Virus record (IMG/VR): IMGVR_UViG_3300033148_006706 | Coordinates: 1-64,000 of that record | Direction: 5' to 3' (one strand) | DNA length: 64,000 nucleotides | Source of the DNA: a virus | Shown here: in pieces, positions 1 to 10,304 of the stretch | How the letters are laid out: each line of letters opens with the position of its first letter | Numbering within the stretch: position 1 is the stretch's first letter | Translations under genes and position numbers: made by a program | Notes under the pieces: model-generated | What the model was told of the DNA's origin: nothing | What the model saw: the letters and a program-made list of their open reading frames with translations, nothing else | The model's database searches: none

Positions 1-198
1 TGTGAAAGGCTGGATACAATTGAGGGATCGTTTTTATTATCCTGTTATGAAAGAAGTGCATTTAAAATTCCTGACAGCTGGGAAAAGTATCAGATAAAAA
101 CAGTTAAATCGGCGGGGTTTAATAGATGTAAAAGTATAGAAACTGTATATAGAAAAGTAAGTAAGAAGGTGATGGAGCAGGGGTTATTGTTTACATAA
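1..198 (+). CDS. 3' end of a DNA adenine methyltransferase, paralog of the next gene (runs off the window start)
   Basis: Frame 1 reads CERLDTIEGSFLLSCYERSAFKIPDSWEKYQIKTVKSAGFNRCKSIETVYRKV...*, very similar to the C-terminus of 221..1018. Confidence 0.85.
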   Translation, partial: CERLDTIEGSFLLSCYERSAFKIPDSWEKYQIKTVKSAGFNRCKSIETVYRKVSKKVMEQGLLFT

Positions 199-220
199 AT
201 CAGTAAAAAAGGGATAATAA

Positions 221-1018
221 GTGGATAATAAAATACCTTTGAGTTATTATGGTGGGAAGTATAAAATATCTAAGAAACTAATTGAATTATTCCCCCCTCA
301 TACAACTTATTGTGAGCCTTTTTGTGGCGGAGCTTCTGTTTTCTGGAATAAACCAAAAAGTAAAATTGAGGCGCTTAATGATCATGATGAACGTCTGATA
401 ATTTTTTATAGATGTTTACAAGGGGGTTCTGAGGAGTTTTTAAGAAAAATTGAATATACCCCTTATAGTGAAGTCGAATATAGAAAAGCAAATCAAATTT
501 TAAAGAATCATAAACAACACACACAAGTAGATGTTGCGTGGGCTATTTTTGTAAGCATGAATCAAGGTTTTTCAGGTATAGCAGGAGGGGGATGGGGCAG
601 AAGCAAAAAAGATGAACGTAATGCATTAAATTTCTTAAACAAGAAAAAAATGTTGCAACAATTTATTAAAAGATTAGAAAAAGTTTATATTAGTTGTAGT
701 GATGTAATTCAGTGTATAGATTATTGGGACTTTGAGGATACACTTTTTTATCTAGACCCGCCTTATCCCGAGACTGATCAAGGTCATTATTCTGGATATT
801 TAATGCAGGATTTTAATATATTGTGTGAGAAGTTGAATACTATTAAAGGTTCTTTTTTATTATCCTGTTATGAAAAAGCAGCGATGAAAGTTCCTGATAA
901 TTGGGAGAAATATCAGATAAAAACAGTTAAATCGGTGGGGCCAAACAGATGTAAAAGTATAGAGACTGTATATAGAAAAGTAAATGAAAAGATGAAAAGA
1001 CAAATTTTCTTTATATAG
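221..1018 (+). CDS. Dam-like (D12 class) N6-adenine DNA methyltransferase
   Basis: YYGGK, EPFCGG (motif I), ND, YLDPPY (motif IV). Confidence 0.92.
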   Translation: MDNKIPLSYYGGKYKISKKLIELFPPHTTYCEPFCGGASVFWNKPKSKIEALNDHDERLIIFYRCLQGGSEEFLRKIEYTPYSEVEYRKANQILKNHKQHTQVDVAWAIFVSMNQGFSGIAGGGWGRSKKDERNALNFLNKKKMLQQFIKRLEKVYISCSDVIQCIDYWDFEDTLFYLDPPYPETDQGHYSGYLMQDFNILCEKLNTIKGSFLLSCYEKAAMKVPDNWEKYQIKTVKSVGPNRCKSIETVYRKVNEKMKRQIFFI

Positions 1019-1044
1019 AAACAACAATAGATAGGAGGGAAAAC

Positions 1045-2031
1045 ATGTTTAAAAAATGGAAAGATATTGAAAATAGTTGTAAAGAGAAAATGATTAAAAA
1101 ATTTTTTAATACGTATACTTTTGAAGATGAAATTTTTCAAGTGACAGAAAAAATTCATGGTAGTAATCTGTCAATTATCTTTTACCCTGACGGGCATAGA
1201 GAATATGCTAGACGTAGCGGAGTATTAAAAGATGAAAACTTTTATAATTATAAAGAAGCCTTTAAAAAAGAAAACAATCCTGACCTTTATATTTTTCTTA
1301 ATGCGATTCAACAATTTGCAATAAAAAATGGACAGATAATACAACTTATAGGAGAGCTTTTTGGTAAAGGAGTACAAAAGGGAATTTATTATGGAGAGGG
1401 AATTTATTGGCGCTGGTTCGGTACATACGCAAACGAAGAATTTCTAGCAGTAGAAGATGAGGAGCTTTTGTTGAGTAAAATCGAGGATTTAGGATTTGAT
1501 GTGTATCCGGATAAAATTAGAGTGCCGCTTCTCTGTTTATTTTCTAATATAAGTTCAGCTAAAGATTTTATAGATCAAGTAAAACAAATAGACTTGGAGA
1601 AAGATAGTTTATTAACTCCTCCAGGATATAACAAAAAGAACATAGCTGAAGGTGTTGTTATACGACCTTATAATCGAAATTATGCGATTAATCATCAATG
1701 GTTTCTTTTTAAATATAAGCATCCAAAATTTGAGGAAATTATAATGGGAAAAAATAAAGCAAAGAAGCCTAAAGTTAAGGTTTCAGAGAAAGTACAGAAT
1801 ATAGCTCAAGAAATGTGTAGATATGTAAATGAGAACAGGACAGAGAGCCTCTTTTCAAAAGAAGGAGAAATACAAGATGAAAAACAGATAGGAGAATATA
1901 TCAAATTATATTTAGAAGATATATATAAAGATTGCCTTTTAGATTTAAAAGATTTAAAAAAAGAAGAAAAAAAGTATATTAATAAACAGATGACAAACTT
2001 GATAGTAAAGGAATTGAGAAGATGTTTATAG
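1045..2031 (+). CDS. RNA ligase, Rnl2 family
   Basis: TEKIHGSN (motif I), GELFG, EGVVIR, FKYK, C-terminal Rnl2-like helical domain. Confidence 0.85.
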   Translation: MFKKWKDIENSCKEKMIKKFFNTYTFEDEIFQVTEKIHGSNLSIIFYPDGHREYARRSGVLKDENFYNYKEAFKKENNPDLYIFLNAIQQFAIKNGQIIQLIGELFGKGVQKGIYYGEGIYWRWFGTYANEEFLAVEDEELLLSKIEDLGFDVYPDKIRVPLLCLFSNISSAKDFIDQVKQIDLEKDSLLTPPGYNKKNIAEGVVIRPYNRNYAINHQWFLFKYKHPKFEEIIMGKNKAKKPKVKVSEKVQNIAQEMCRYVNENRTESLFSKEGEIQDEKQIGEYIKLYLEDIYKDCLLDLKDLKKEEKKYINKQMTNLIVKELRRCL

Positions 2032-4058
2032 AAAATCTTACGATTGAGAACTATGGCGCATTAAAAAATGCGATGTTAGAATTTCAAAAAGGATTCAATA
2101 TTCTTAGTGGTTCTAATGGGGCAGGGAAGTCACATATTATTAGAGCATTAGCATATCTCATTCTTAATCACAATGAAGGTAAAATTGAAGATGATTTAAA
2201 TTGGCATAGTAATTCTTTTACTATCCAGACTAAGATTAAATATGGTGGGAAAGATTTTATAATTAAGAATCATTATGATGGAAAAAATGTATTGAAAGAG
2301 TTAATAATTTCCTCTAATGGAAATAAACAGCAGTACAGCGGAAATAAAGATGTAGTGGACGTACTTTCACAATATTTTGATCCTACTTATTCTAAACCGG
2401 CTCTTATAGCTTTTCAGGGTGAAATGGATGTAGTAACAGCAACTCCTGCTAAAAGACGAGAGAGTTTAAAAAATATTTACGATTTGAATTTTCAAAAAGA
2501 AATTCAGCAATTAGAAGATGAAAAAACGTCATTAGAATTAAAAGTACAGGAATTGGAAAAGCAGATAGCAATTCTTGAAAGTAAAAGCTATAATTTATAT
2601 AAAAAAGAAAGACTCCCTTTTAATGAGAATACATATAAAGAAAAAGAAACAGATGTTAAAAAATTACAAAGTAAGAAACAATCTTTAGAAAATGAGATAA
2701 ACGATTTTGAATCAAAATTACAAAATGTTAATCGATTTAAAAGTTTTTATGAAAGTAAAGAAAGAGAAATTAAAGAATTATTGGACAAGAAAGATATTTT
2801 GCAAAGTAAGATAAACGAATTAAAAAATGTTATAACTAATCCCAATTATAATGTAGTAGATAAATTAAAAAAACAAATAGATGATATTAAACTCGAAAGG
2901 ATTAAAGAGGATTTCGATATAAATGTTCTTAATTCTAAAAAAGAAAAACTTTATGAAGAAAAAAATGAGCTTAAGAATATAAAAAAGAATATAGAATTGG
3001 TGGAAATGGGTAAGTGCCCGACTTGTGGAGCGGATTTTTCTAATGTCGATATAAATGATTATAAGAGACGTTATGAAGAAAAAGAAGAAATAGTAAGCGC
3101 CATTAATAAAGAAATAGAGGCTATTGAGAAAGATTATAAAACTTGGCAGGAGAAAAAGAAAAAAAACGATAGAAAGAAGGAATTAAAAAATAATTTAATT
3201 AATCAACTTAAATATGAAGAAAAGAAAATAGAAGATGTTATTAACAGTAGTAAAGAAAGTTTAGAAGAAAGAAGTAATGAATTAGTTAATGTTAATAAAA
3301 AAATAGAAGATTATGCCGAGGAAAAGGAAGTTTTAAAAAAAGATTTACAAAAGGAGCTTGATCAACTACCAGATGAAGCAGATATAGAATCTAAGAATAA
3401 GCAAATTGAGGATATAAAAAACAAAATTGATTTAATAAGCCGGGAAATTGAAGAATATAGAACAGTTCTTAATAAGAATAAATGGATAGAGGAAGAAAAT
3501 AAAAAGATACTGAAACAAAAAGATGAGGATGAAAAATTAAAGCAAAAGATTAATAAAGATCATGATCATTTATTGAAAGAAGTAAACGAATATAAAAAAT
3601 CTGTAGATATTCTAAAAAAGGATTTTCCTAATTATATAATAAACGAACTTAAAAGCGATATAGAAACAGGAATGAATGAAATACTGGATAAAGCATATAA
3701 CGGAAGATATCATGTACAAATAAAAGAAAATCGCAGTGGACTTTCTATTGTATATGGAAACGATAAAGAAATAAAACTTGCAAGCGGAGCAGAAAAAAAT
3801 TTATTTACCATAGGATTTAAGAATGCATTTACGAGGCTGGCAGGATTAAAGGTACTTTTGTTGGATGAATGCGATAACTTCATGGATGAAGATATAGCGA
3901 AAAAGACCTTTGATGTTCTTCAGAATCTTATAGAACAAGAAGCACTTAATCAGGTTATTCTTATTACTCATAAGCAGAGTGTTAAAGAATTACTGGAGGG
4001 TGATTATAGAGCTAGAGTTTTTGAAGTAAAAAATGGTGGGGCATTTTTACTTGAATGA
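2022..4058 (+). CDS. SbcC/Rad50-like ATPase (T4 gp46-like)
   Basis: GSNGAGKS Walker A, long coiled coil with CPTCG zinc hook, ASGAE signature, LLLDE Walker B, ITH. Confidence 0.92.
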   Translation: MFIENLTIENYGALKNAMLEFQKGFNILSGSNGAGKSHIIRALAYLILNHNEGKIEDDLNWHSNSFTIQTKIKYGGKDFIIKNHYDGKNVLKELIISSNGNKQQYSGNKDVVDVLSQYFDPTYSKPALIAFQGEMDVVTATPAKRRESLKNIYDLNFQKEIQQLEDEKTSLELKVQELEKQIAILESKSYNLYKKERLPFNENTYKEKETDVKKLQSKKQSLENEINDFESKLQNVNRFKSFYESKEREIKELLDKKDILQSKINELKNVITNPNYNVVDKLKKQIDDIKLERIKEDFDINVLNSKKEKLYEEKNELKNIKKNIELVEMGKCPTCGADFSNVDINDYKRRYEEKEEIVSAINKEIEAIEKDYKTWQEKKKKNDRKKELKNNLINQLKYEEKKIEDVINSSKESLEERSNELVNVNKKIEDYAEEKEVLKKDLQKELDQLPDEADIESKNKQIEDIKNKIDLISREIEEYRTVLNKNKWIEEENKKILKQKDEDEKLKQKINKDHDHLLKEVNEYKKSVDILKKDFPNYIINELKSDIETGMNEILDKAYNGRYHVQIKENRSGLSIVYGNDKEIKLASGAEKNLFTIGFKNAFTRLAGLKVLLLDECDNFMDEDIAKKTFDVLQNLIEQEALNQVILITHKQSVKELLEGDYRARVFEVKNGGAFLLE

Positions 4059-4194
4059 CAAATTTTTAAAATAACGATTCCGATAATACTCTTATGCTAT
4101 ATAGTGAATTTTTTAAAAAAAGTATATTTTTTTATTAAAAATTTGGATAAAGAAATATATATTAGACATATAAACGAATAAATTAAAGGAAGAA

Positions 4195-5118
4195 ATGGTG
4201 AATATTAAAAAGCAAAAGTTGATAATGTTGAAAGGGCTCCCCGCATCTGGAAAAACTACTTGGGCAAAGGAACAAATTTTAAAAGCCAATGGATCAATAA
4301 AAAGAGTTAATAAAGACGATTTAAGAAAGATGATCGATATATCTCAATGGAGTAAAGAAAAAGAATTACATATCCTAAGGATTAGAGACACGATTATATA
4401 TTATTACCTCAGTAACGGGTATTCAGTAATTGTAGATGATACAAATTTGAATCCATATCATGAACAACGACTCAGACGAATTGTAAGCGAGTATAATAGT
4501 AATGTCAGAGAGCATTCTGTTGAGTTTGAAGTTAATGATTCTTTCTGTGATGTTGATTATCGAGAATGTATTAAAAGAGATTTGATAAGAGGAAAAGAAG
4601 CGGTGGGAGAAAAGGTTATCATTAATATGTATAGAAAATATTTACATAAGGCACCCGTTCTTATTCCTTATAAAGTTGAATTACCCGACTGTATTTTAGT
4701 GGATGTTGATTGGACTCTTGCTATTCATGAATACCGTGATCCTTTTGATTATTATAAATGCACAGAAGATAAATTAAATACACCAATTGCATCTTTAATA
4801 AACGATATTCAAAATCGACATTCACTATCGTATACAATGATTGTAACAGGTAGAGAGAATATAAAGTATGAATCGGGAGTAACAGTTTGGGATTTAACAA
4901 GTGAATGGCTTAATAAAAATCATATTCGTTATGATAGAATTTTTATTAGAGAAGAAGGAGATCATAGACCTGATTGGATGGTAAAAAAAGAAATGTTTGA
5001 AAAGCATATTAAGGATAAATATAACGTGTTATATGTTATAGACGACAGAAGGCAAACTATAGACATGTGGCGTAAAGAGGGATTGACAGTACTTGATGTA
5101 GCTGGTCACGATTTTTAA
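4195..5118 (+). CDS. pseT: Polynucleotide 5'-kinase/3'-phosphatase (T4 PseT-like)
   Basis: GLPASGKTT P-loop, DDLR, VDDTN; HAD domain DVDWT, TGR, DDR. Confidence 0.9.
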   Translation: MVNIKKQKLIMLKGLPASGKTTWAKEQILKANGSIKRVNKDDLRKMIDISQWSKEKELHILRIRDTIIYYYLSNGYSVIVDDTNLNPYHEQRLRRIVSEYNSNVREHSVEFEVNDSFCDVDYRECIKRDLIRGKEAVGEKVIINMYRKYLHKAPVLIPYKVELPDCILVDVDWTLAIHEYRDPFDYYKCTEDKLNTPIASLINDIQNRHSLSYTMIVTGRENIKYESGVTVWDLTSEWLNKNHIRYDRIFIREEGDHRPDWMVKKEMFEKHIKDKYNVLYVIDDRRQTIDMWRKEGLTVLDVAGHDF

Positions 5119-5131
5119 ATGAGGAAAAAAA

Positions 5132-6262
5132 ATGAATCTATATTTACAGAATTTTTTAATTGAGCATCCCAACGATTGGAAGGAAATATTAAAAGAAAAA
5201 CCTTATGCATTTAAAGTTATAGAGAAAGACGATTTAGTATTATTTAAATATAATCAGATAGACAGTGATTTTAATATTCCTTTAGTACAGGAGGCACGAG
5301 GAATTGTATTTGATAAAAGCGATTGGAGTGTTATTAAGCACCCTTTCCATAAATTTTTTAACTATGGAGAATCTAACGCAGCCGTTATCGATTGGGGATC
5401 AGCTAGTATACAAGAAAAAATTGATGGCTCTCTTATCGCATGTTATTTTTATAAAAATGAATGGATGATATCGACTAACGGAACTATCGATGCACGAGAT
5501 GCAAGTTTACAGTTTCCCGTTCAATTAAATAAAAAGAAAAAAATAAACTCATTTTACGATCTTGTAGTTTATACACTAGAACAAATGTTTGGACGTGATT
5601 ATATTTTTGGAGTTTTCCAGAATATAGATAAAAAGTCAACGCATCTTTTTGAAATAGCAACCCCAATTAATAGGATAGTTGTCCCCTATAAGGATTTTAA
5701 AATTTATTACTTATGTTCAAAGGTAAATAGTACAGGTATCGAATATTACAGTAAACCATTACTTGATAGATTCCCAATTCCGAAAGTATATTCATTTAAT
5801 TCATTGGAAGATTGTGTTAAAGCAGCTAAAGAATTACAATATGATAGTGAGGGCTATGTAATAGTGGATAAAAACTGGAATCGTATTAAAATTAAGAGTC
5901 CAGCATATATAGCTGCGCATCATTTAAGAGGTGAAGATGTCGTAACAGATAAAAAATTACTCAATCTTATTCTTGCTAATGAAGGGAATGAATTTCTTAC
6001 GTATTTCCCCGAGTTTAAAGATGCCTATAATAATTTATATAATAGACTTTTACAGTTAAAAACAAGAATGGGGGCGGATGCAAAAAAGCTTGAAGAGATG
6101 CAGAAAGGGAATAAATCAAGAAAAGAAATAGCTTTATGGGCTAATAAAGAGTGCGTTATACCTGCGTTTATATTTCAATTGCTTGATAAGAAAATTGAAA
6201 ACATTGATAATTTTATATATAATAAATGTAAAGTAGAAAAACTTTTAGAGTATATAAAATAA
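5132..6262 (+). CDS. RNA ligase 1 (T4 RnlA-like)
   Basis: EARG, KFFN, QEKIDGS, FE, NRIV, EGYV, RIKIK motifs. Confidence 0.88.
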   Translation: MNLYLQNFLIEHPNDWKEILKEKPYAFKVIEKDDLVLFKYNQIDSDFNIPLVQEARGIVFDKSDWSVIKHPFHKFFNYGESNAAVIDWGSASIQEKIDGSLIACYFYKNEWMISTNGTIDARDASLQFPVQLNKKKKINSFYDLVVYTLEQMFGRDYIFGVFQNIDKKSTHLFEIATPINRIVVPYKDFKIYYLCSKVNSTGIEYYSKPLLDRFPIPKVYSFNSLEDCVKAAKELQYDSEGYVIVDKNWNRIKIKSPAYIAAHHLRGEDVVTDKKLLNLILANEGNEFLTYFPEFKDAYNNLYNRLLQLKTRMGADAKKLEEMQKGNKSRKEIALWANKECVIPAFIFQLLDKKIENIDNFIYNKCKVEKLLEYIK

Positions 6263-6287
6263 TATCTTATAGAGGGGGGGATATAAG

Positions 6288-6982
6288 ATGAGAATATTTA
6301 ATGACAGGGTATACGGATTAGAAACTTCTATTGTTGCTAGTGGATATCCGATGCGAGATGTAGTAAAAGAATTTACTCCTGTTCTTTTAGTTAAAGATTC
6401 TATAAGGGCTAGAAAACTTGGAAGATCTAAAAGTAATAGTGGGCATGACTGCTATTTAAAAGGTATCGTAGTGCAAGCCGATATAGAGTTTCCTCTGTAT
6501 TGGCTTAAACAGTTTCAGCGATATCATTTCGTTGATATAGTATCAAGTCAATCAACAATGCATCGGATTCTTAGTATGAACATAAAAGAACATTGCAATA
6601 AGTGGGTAGATGAAGAAGTAATAGATATAGTGAACAAATGGATAACATTATACAATGATTTTGATAATAAATTACAAGAAATTAATAATAATGAAAGATT
6701 AACATTTAAAGAAGCATCTAATATACGCCCTCAAGATAAAATTTATATAGAGGACAAAAAAAAAGGGGGGGGGGTGATTGGTATTCTAAAGAAGATATTT
6801 ATATGAAAATAATATCAAATTTGCCTAGCGGATTCCAGATGGTTATGCGTATTACTACTAATTATTTACAATTAAAAACTATTTACCGGCAGAGAAAAAA
6901 TCACAAATTACCAGAATGGCGTATATTCTGTGATTGGATTTTATCATTGCCGGAATTTAAAGAATTAACAGGAGTTCCTTGA
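6288..6982 (+). CDS. Phage ThyX-like hypothetical protein, split by a -1 frame change at the A9G10 tract (6756-6774)
   Basis: Frame 0 has GHDCYLK..PLYWLKQFQRYHF..SSQSTMH. The -1 frame continues DWYSKED..NLPSGF..TTNYLQLKTIYRQRKNHKLPEWRIFCDWILSLP to TGA at 6982, which overlaps the next ATG. Confidence 0.65.
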
Positions 6983-7539
6983 TGTGGATACATAAATTTG
7001 TTTGGTATAAAATAACTTGTATTTTTAAAGAAGTAAAATGGTTTTTTCAAAAGTTGCTTAGGGGGTATGATGATTTGTACTTGCGGAATTTTTATTCTTC
7101 TTTTGTAAAAGAAGTATATCCTAAATTTAAAGCCTTTGCAGAAATGGAAAAACGGGGAATAGCAACATGTTATTTTGAAAATCCTAAAGAGACATGTCAT
7201 GATGACGAGAGTTTTAAAATAGCTTTTAAAAATTATAATAGTGTATTGAAGAAAATACTATTTGCTTTTGAATGGGTATTATATGATAATGAGTTGTGTG
7301 ATAAAAAATTTAAGAAATATTTTGAAGAGAAGTATGGTAATCCGTATGAAAAGATTGAATCAAATCGACATGAACCGTTAACATATACATTAATAAGTAA
7401 TGATGGTACACGAAGGAAAGAGTATCTTTTTGATGATAAACCGTTTTATTATAATAGAAAAATGATAAAAGATTTTAATGATAAAGCTGAAGAGGGATTT
7501 AAACTTTTTGGAGAATATTTATTTACCTTTTGGGATTAA
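6982..7539 (+). CDS. Hypothetical phage protein
   Basis: ORF coupled to the previous stop via TGATG; ends in EGFKLFGEYLFTFWD, a common phage C-terminus. Confidence 0.7.
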   Translation: MWIHKFVWYKITCIFKEVKWFFQKLLRGYDDLYLRNFYSSFVKEVYPKFKAFAEMEKRGIATCYFENPKETCHDDESFKIAFKNYNSVLKKILFAFEWVLYDNELCDKKFKKYFEEKYGNPYEKIESNRHEPLTYTLISNDGTRRKEYLFDDKPFYYNRKMIKDFNDKAEEGFKLFGEYLFTFWD

Positions 7540-7563
7540 AAAATTTATAAAGGCGGTATACTG

Positions 7564-7956
7564 ATGAATCAAAAAAACAGTGTAAAATTATTTAAGAGAT
7601 TTACATTTTTTCATCCTGAAAAGAGGTTGACTGAAAGTCTTATGGCATTTGGATTTGAATGTGGGGATGGGTGGTTTAATATTATTTGGAATTTATGTGA
7701 GAAAATAGAAGAGGAACTTAAGAATCATTCAAGATTAGATGATTTTGTAGTGTTGCAAGTAAAAGAAAAATTTGGCATGTTACGATTTTATACAAATTTT
7801 GAAATTGGAAAAATGAGGAAATATATTGAAGAAGCTGAAAAAGAATCTGCTAATACATGTGAAATTTGTGGGAAAAAAGGAAAATTGAGAGATGATTTAG
7901 GCTGGATAGTTACGCTGTGCGATAAGCATTATAGTGAGAAATTAAACAAATGCTAA
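7564..7956 (+). CDS. Conserved phage hypothetical protein (CGDGW..QVKEKFG.LRFY..CxxC)
   Basis: Motif pattern; RBS AAGGCGG. Confidence 0.75.
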   Translation: MNQKNSVKLFKRFTFFHPEKRLTESLMAFGFECGDGWFNIIWNLCEKIEEELKNHSRLDDFVVLQVKEKFGMLRFYTNFEIGKMRKYIEEAEKESANTCEICGKKGKLRDDLGWIVTLCDKHYSEKLNKC

Positions 7957-8240
7957 GAATTGTGGTATATGTTAATAAAGATAAAATAGACGAAATACGA
8001 ATTCGTAATACAATGATTAAGAATGATAAAGGCGAAAATAAGTACATTTTAACTATGCCAAAAGGATACGGGAGTATTGAAGTATGGCATGATAGAATTA
8101 AGCCTTGGCATATACTTGTAGAAAAAGTGCTTTATGAATTGAATAAGACAAATTATAATAATATTATAAATAGAACGGCAGATAAAATAATTCGATATGT
8201 CAGGTATCAAGAAAACAATAAAAAAAATAAAGGGAATTGA
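7950..8240 (+). CDS. Hypothetical protein
   Basis: ORF overlapping the previous stop. Confidence 0.65.
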   Translation: MLRIVVYVNKDKIDEIRIRNTMIKNDKGENKYILTMPKGYGSIEVWHDRIKPWHILVEKVLYELNKTNYNNIINRTADKIIRYVRYQENNKKNKGN

Positions 8241-8246
8241 TATATT

Positions 8247-8255
8247 TACTAATAT
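8247..8255 (+). promoter_or_regulatory. Putative phage late promoter TACTAATAT (first of 15 exact copies: 8247, 14246, 16373, 16984, 18855, 19924, 22484, 24884, 34417, 37733, 51844, 54009, 54747, 56376, 57005; variant at 21457)
   Basis: The same 9-mer recurs on the + strand upstream of the terminase, portal, MCP, neck, sheath, tube and other genes; analogous to T4 TATAAATA. Confidence 0.8.
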
Positions 8256-8258
8256 TTT

Positions 8259-10304
8259 GTGAATAAAGAAATTTATGAATATTTGTCTCCATACCTATCA
8301 GATGATAGTAGTATACTTTTAAAAGAAGGCTATCTAGATGATAATATTAATGATATTCTTGATTATTTACAAGTATTGCTTACAGATACGTCAATTCCTG
8401 ATAACGTTAAAGCCTATAAACTTAGGAATCTATGGCAATTATTCTACAGGATAAGACCTCCTACGGTAGAAGAGTTTCTTACTCCAAAGTGGATAGGCGT
8501 AATCGCAGACAAGATATATCCACAAGTAAAGGAGGCATTTAAACAGTACATGCAGCCATTAAATGGAAAAAGGGTATTGGCGTTAAGCACCTGTATTGGA
8601 TGGGGAAAAACGACCCTGTCTACACTTATAGCAACATATATTGTTGTTCATTTGCATTATATGAAAAATCCGAAACGATTTTTTAATCTCAATGAAATAG
8701 GGGCTATTGTAATTGCTCTTATGAGCTTCACACAAAGGAAGGTAAACCAGTTATTACTCCAGCCATTTTATACCTTGTTGAAATCTTCTCCAATGTTTGA
8801 AAGGGTATGGAGGGAGGACAGACTTGAAATTAAACAGAAAGAAATCGGTGATAAAAAAATAGCCTATACAAGTGCGGGTAGAATGGGCGCTTTCCAATTT
8901 AGTAGAGATATTCATATAACAATTGCAAGCAGTAGAGAAGATTTGCTCGGTATGAATATTATCTTAGGAATTGTTTCAGAAATTTCCTTTTGGATTAATC
9001 GTGGAATAGCTATTGAGGAGATTTGGGGGGCGTTTTCGGATATGAGAGAAAGAGTTAACTCACGATTTGCTCATCGATATTTAAGTGGAGTTATATTAGA
9101 CAGCTCCCCATTAGATCTTTCTACATCCCCTATTGATAAGTGGATTTATGAGGGGGACGCTCAAACCGATCCTGAAGTACTCATCATAAATGCTAAGCAT
9201 TGGGATATGTTTCCTGAAAAATACCCAAAGTGGCAGAAAACAAATCAAACTATTCCGGTTTTTAAAGGAGATGCAGCGAGGCCTCCAAAAGTATTAAATG
9301 ATGAAGAGTATGAACGATATGCAAAAGAAGAGATAATAGAATTCCCGATTGATATGGTGGAAGCATTGAAAAACTCAACGGGGTTAAAAAGAGTAGTAGC
9401 TGATTTTGCAGGATGGCCTGCAGGAAGTCTTCCAAAGTTGATAGATGATAAAAGAGTGGTTGAAAATATTTTTACAAATAAACTTAATAATGTTTATACC
9501 TCTATTGTAGCGCCGGACGATAAAGACCCTGAAAAATTAATATGGTACAAAGTAAGGGACTTGTTCTTTATTAAATCAGGACGTTGTTATGAGTTTTATA
9601 GGGCCCCTCATGCATTACGTACAATTCATATTGATTTAGCTGAAAGCGGTGATATGGCTTGTATAAGCATGTGCCATTTAGAGATTGATATTGATTCGGG
9701 TTCAAATATTGTAGTAGGAGATTTTACGATACCAATATCCCCCGAAAAGTCTAAAATAAATCTTGACGCTGTATGCAATTTTATACTCGATTTAAAAAAA
9801 GAAGGGCATATAAGTTTTTATAAAGTTACTGCAGATCAATATCAAAGTAGTGCTCTTTTACAAAGATTAAAACGGAATAATATAGAAGTTGACAAATTAT
9901 CAGTTGATAGAGATACCACTCCCTACAGAGTGGTTATTAGTTGGATATATAATAATAGAATCAGAATTGGAAGAAATGTTATTCTTAAGAATAATTTACT
10001 TTCACTTGTTGAAGTAAAAAATGAAAGGGGGAGAACAAAAATAGATCATACTAATGGTCGAATGGTGTATGAAGATAACGGTGATTGGAACAGATCATTA
10101 ATGGGAATAAATGCAAAAGATGCAAGTGACAGTTTTGTTGGTAGTGCTTATACTCTTATAGCAGAACTTGAAAATTCTATTCCACAATACACTTGGAGAG
10201 ATGAACAATCTTTACAAAGTGATCAAAATGATGAAGATGTAGTTGATATGCCTATATTAGAAGAGTTACGTAAGAAGTTTAATTATATTTACTCTGATAA
10301 TTAA
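8259..10304 (+). CDS. Terminase large subunit
   Basis: IGWGKTT Walker A, SE Walker-B-like, LDSS motif III, RNase H-like HIDLAESGD / DQYQS / KDASDS. Confidence 0.85.
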   Translation: MNKEIYEYLSPYLSDDSSILLKEGYLDDNINDILDYLQVLLTDTSIPDNVKAYKLRNLWQLFYRIRPPTVEEFLTPKWIGVIADKIYPQVKEAFKQYMQPLNGKRVLALSTCIGWGKTTLSTLIATYIVVHLHYMKNPKRFFNLNEIGAIVIALMSFTQRKVNQLLLQPFYTLLKSSPMFERVWREDRLEIKQKEIGDKKIAYTSAGRMGAFQFSRDIHITIASSREDLLGMNIILGIVSEISFWINRGIAIEEIWGAFSDMRERVNSRFAHRYLSGVILDSSPLDLSTSPIDKWIYEGDAQTDPEVLIINAKHWDMFPEKYPKWQKTNQTIPVFKGDAARPPKVLNDEEYERYAKEEIIEFPIDMVEALKNSTGLKRVVADFAGWPAGSLPKLIDDKRVVENIFTNKLNNVYTSIVAPDDKDPEKLIWYKVRDLFFIKSGRCYEFYRAPHALRTIHIDLAESGDMACISMCHLEIDIDSGSNIVVGDFTIPISPEKSKINLDAVCNFILDLKKEGHISFYKVTADQYQSSALLQRLKRNNIEVDKLSVDRDTTPYRVVISWIYNNRIRIGRNVILKNNLLSLVEVKNERGRTKIDHTNGRMVYEDNGDWNRSLMGINAKDASDSFVGSAYTLIAELENSIPQYTWRDEQSLQSDQNDEDVVDMPILEELRKKFNYIYSDN

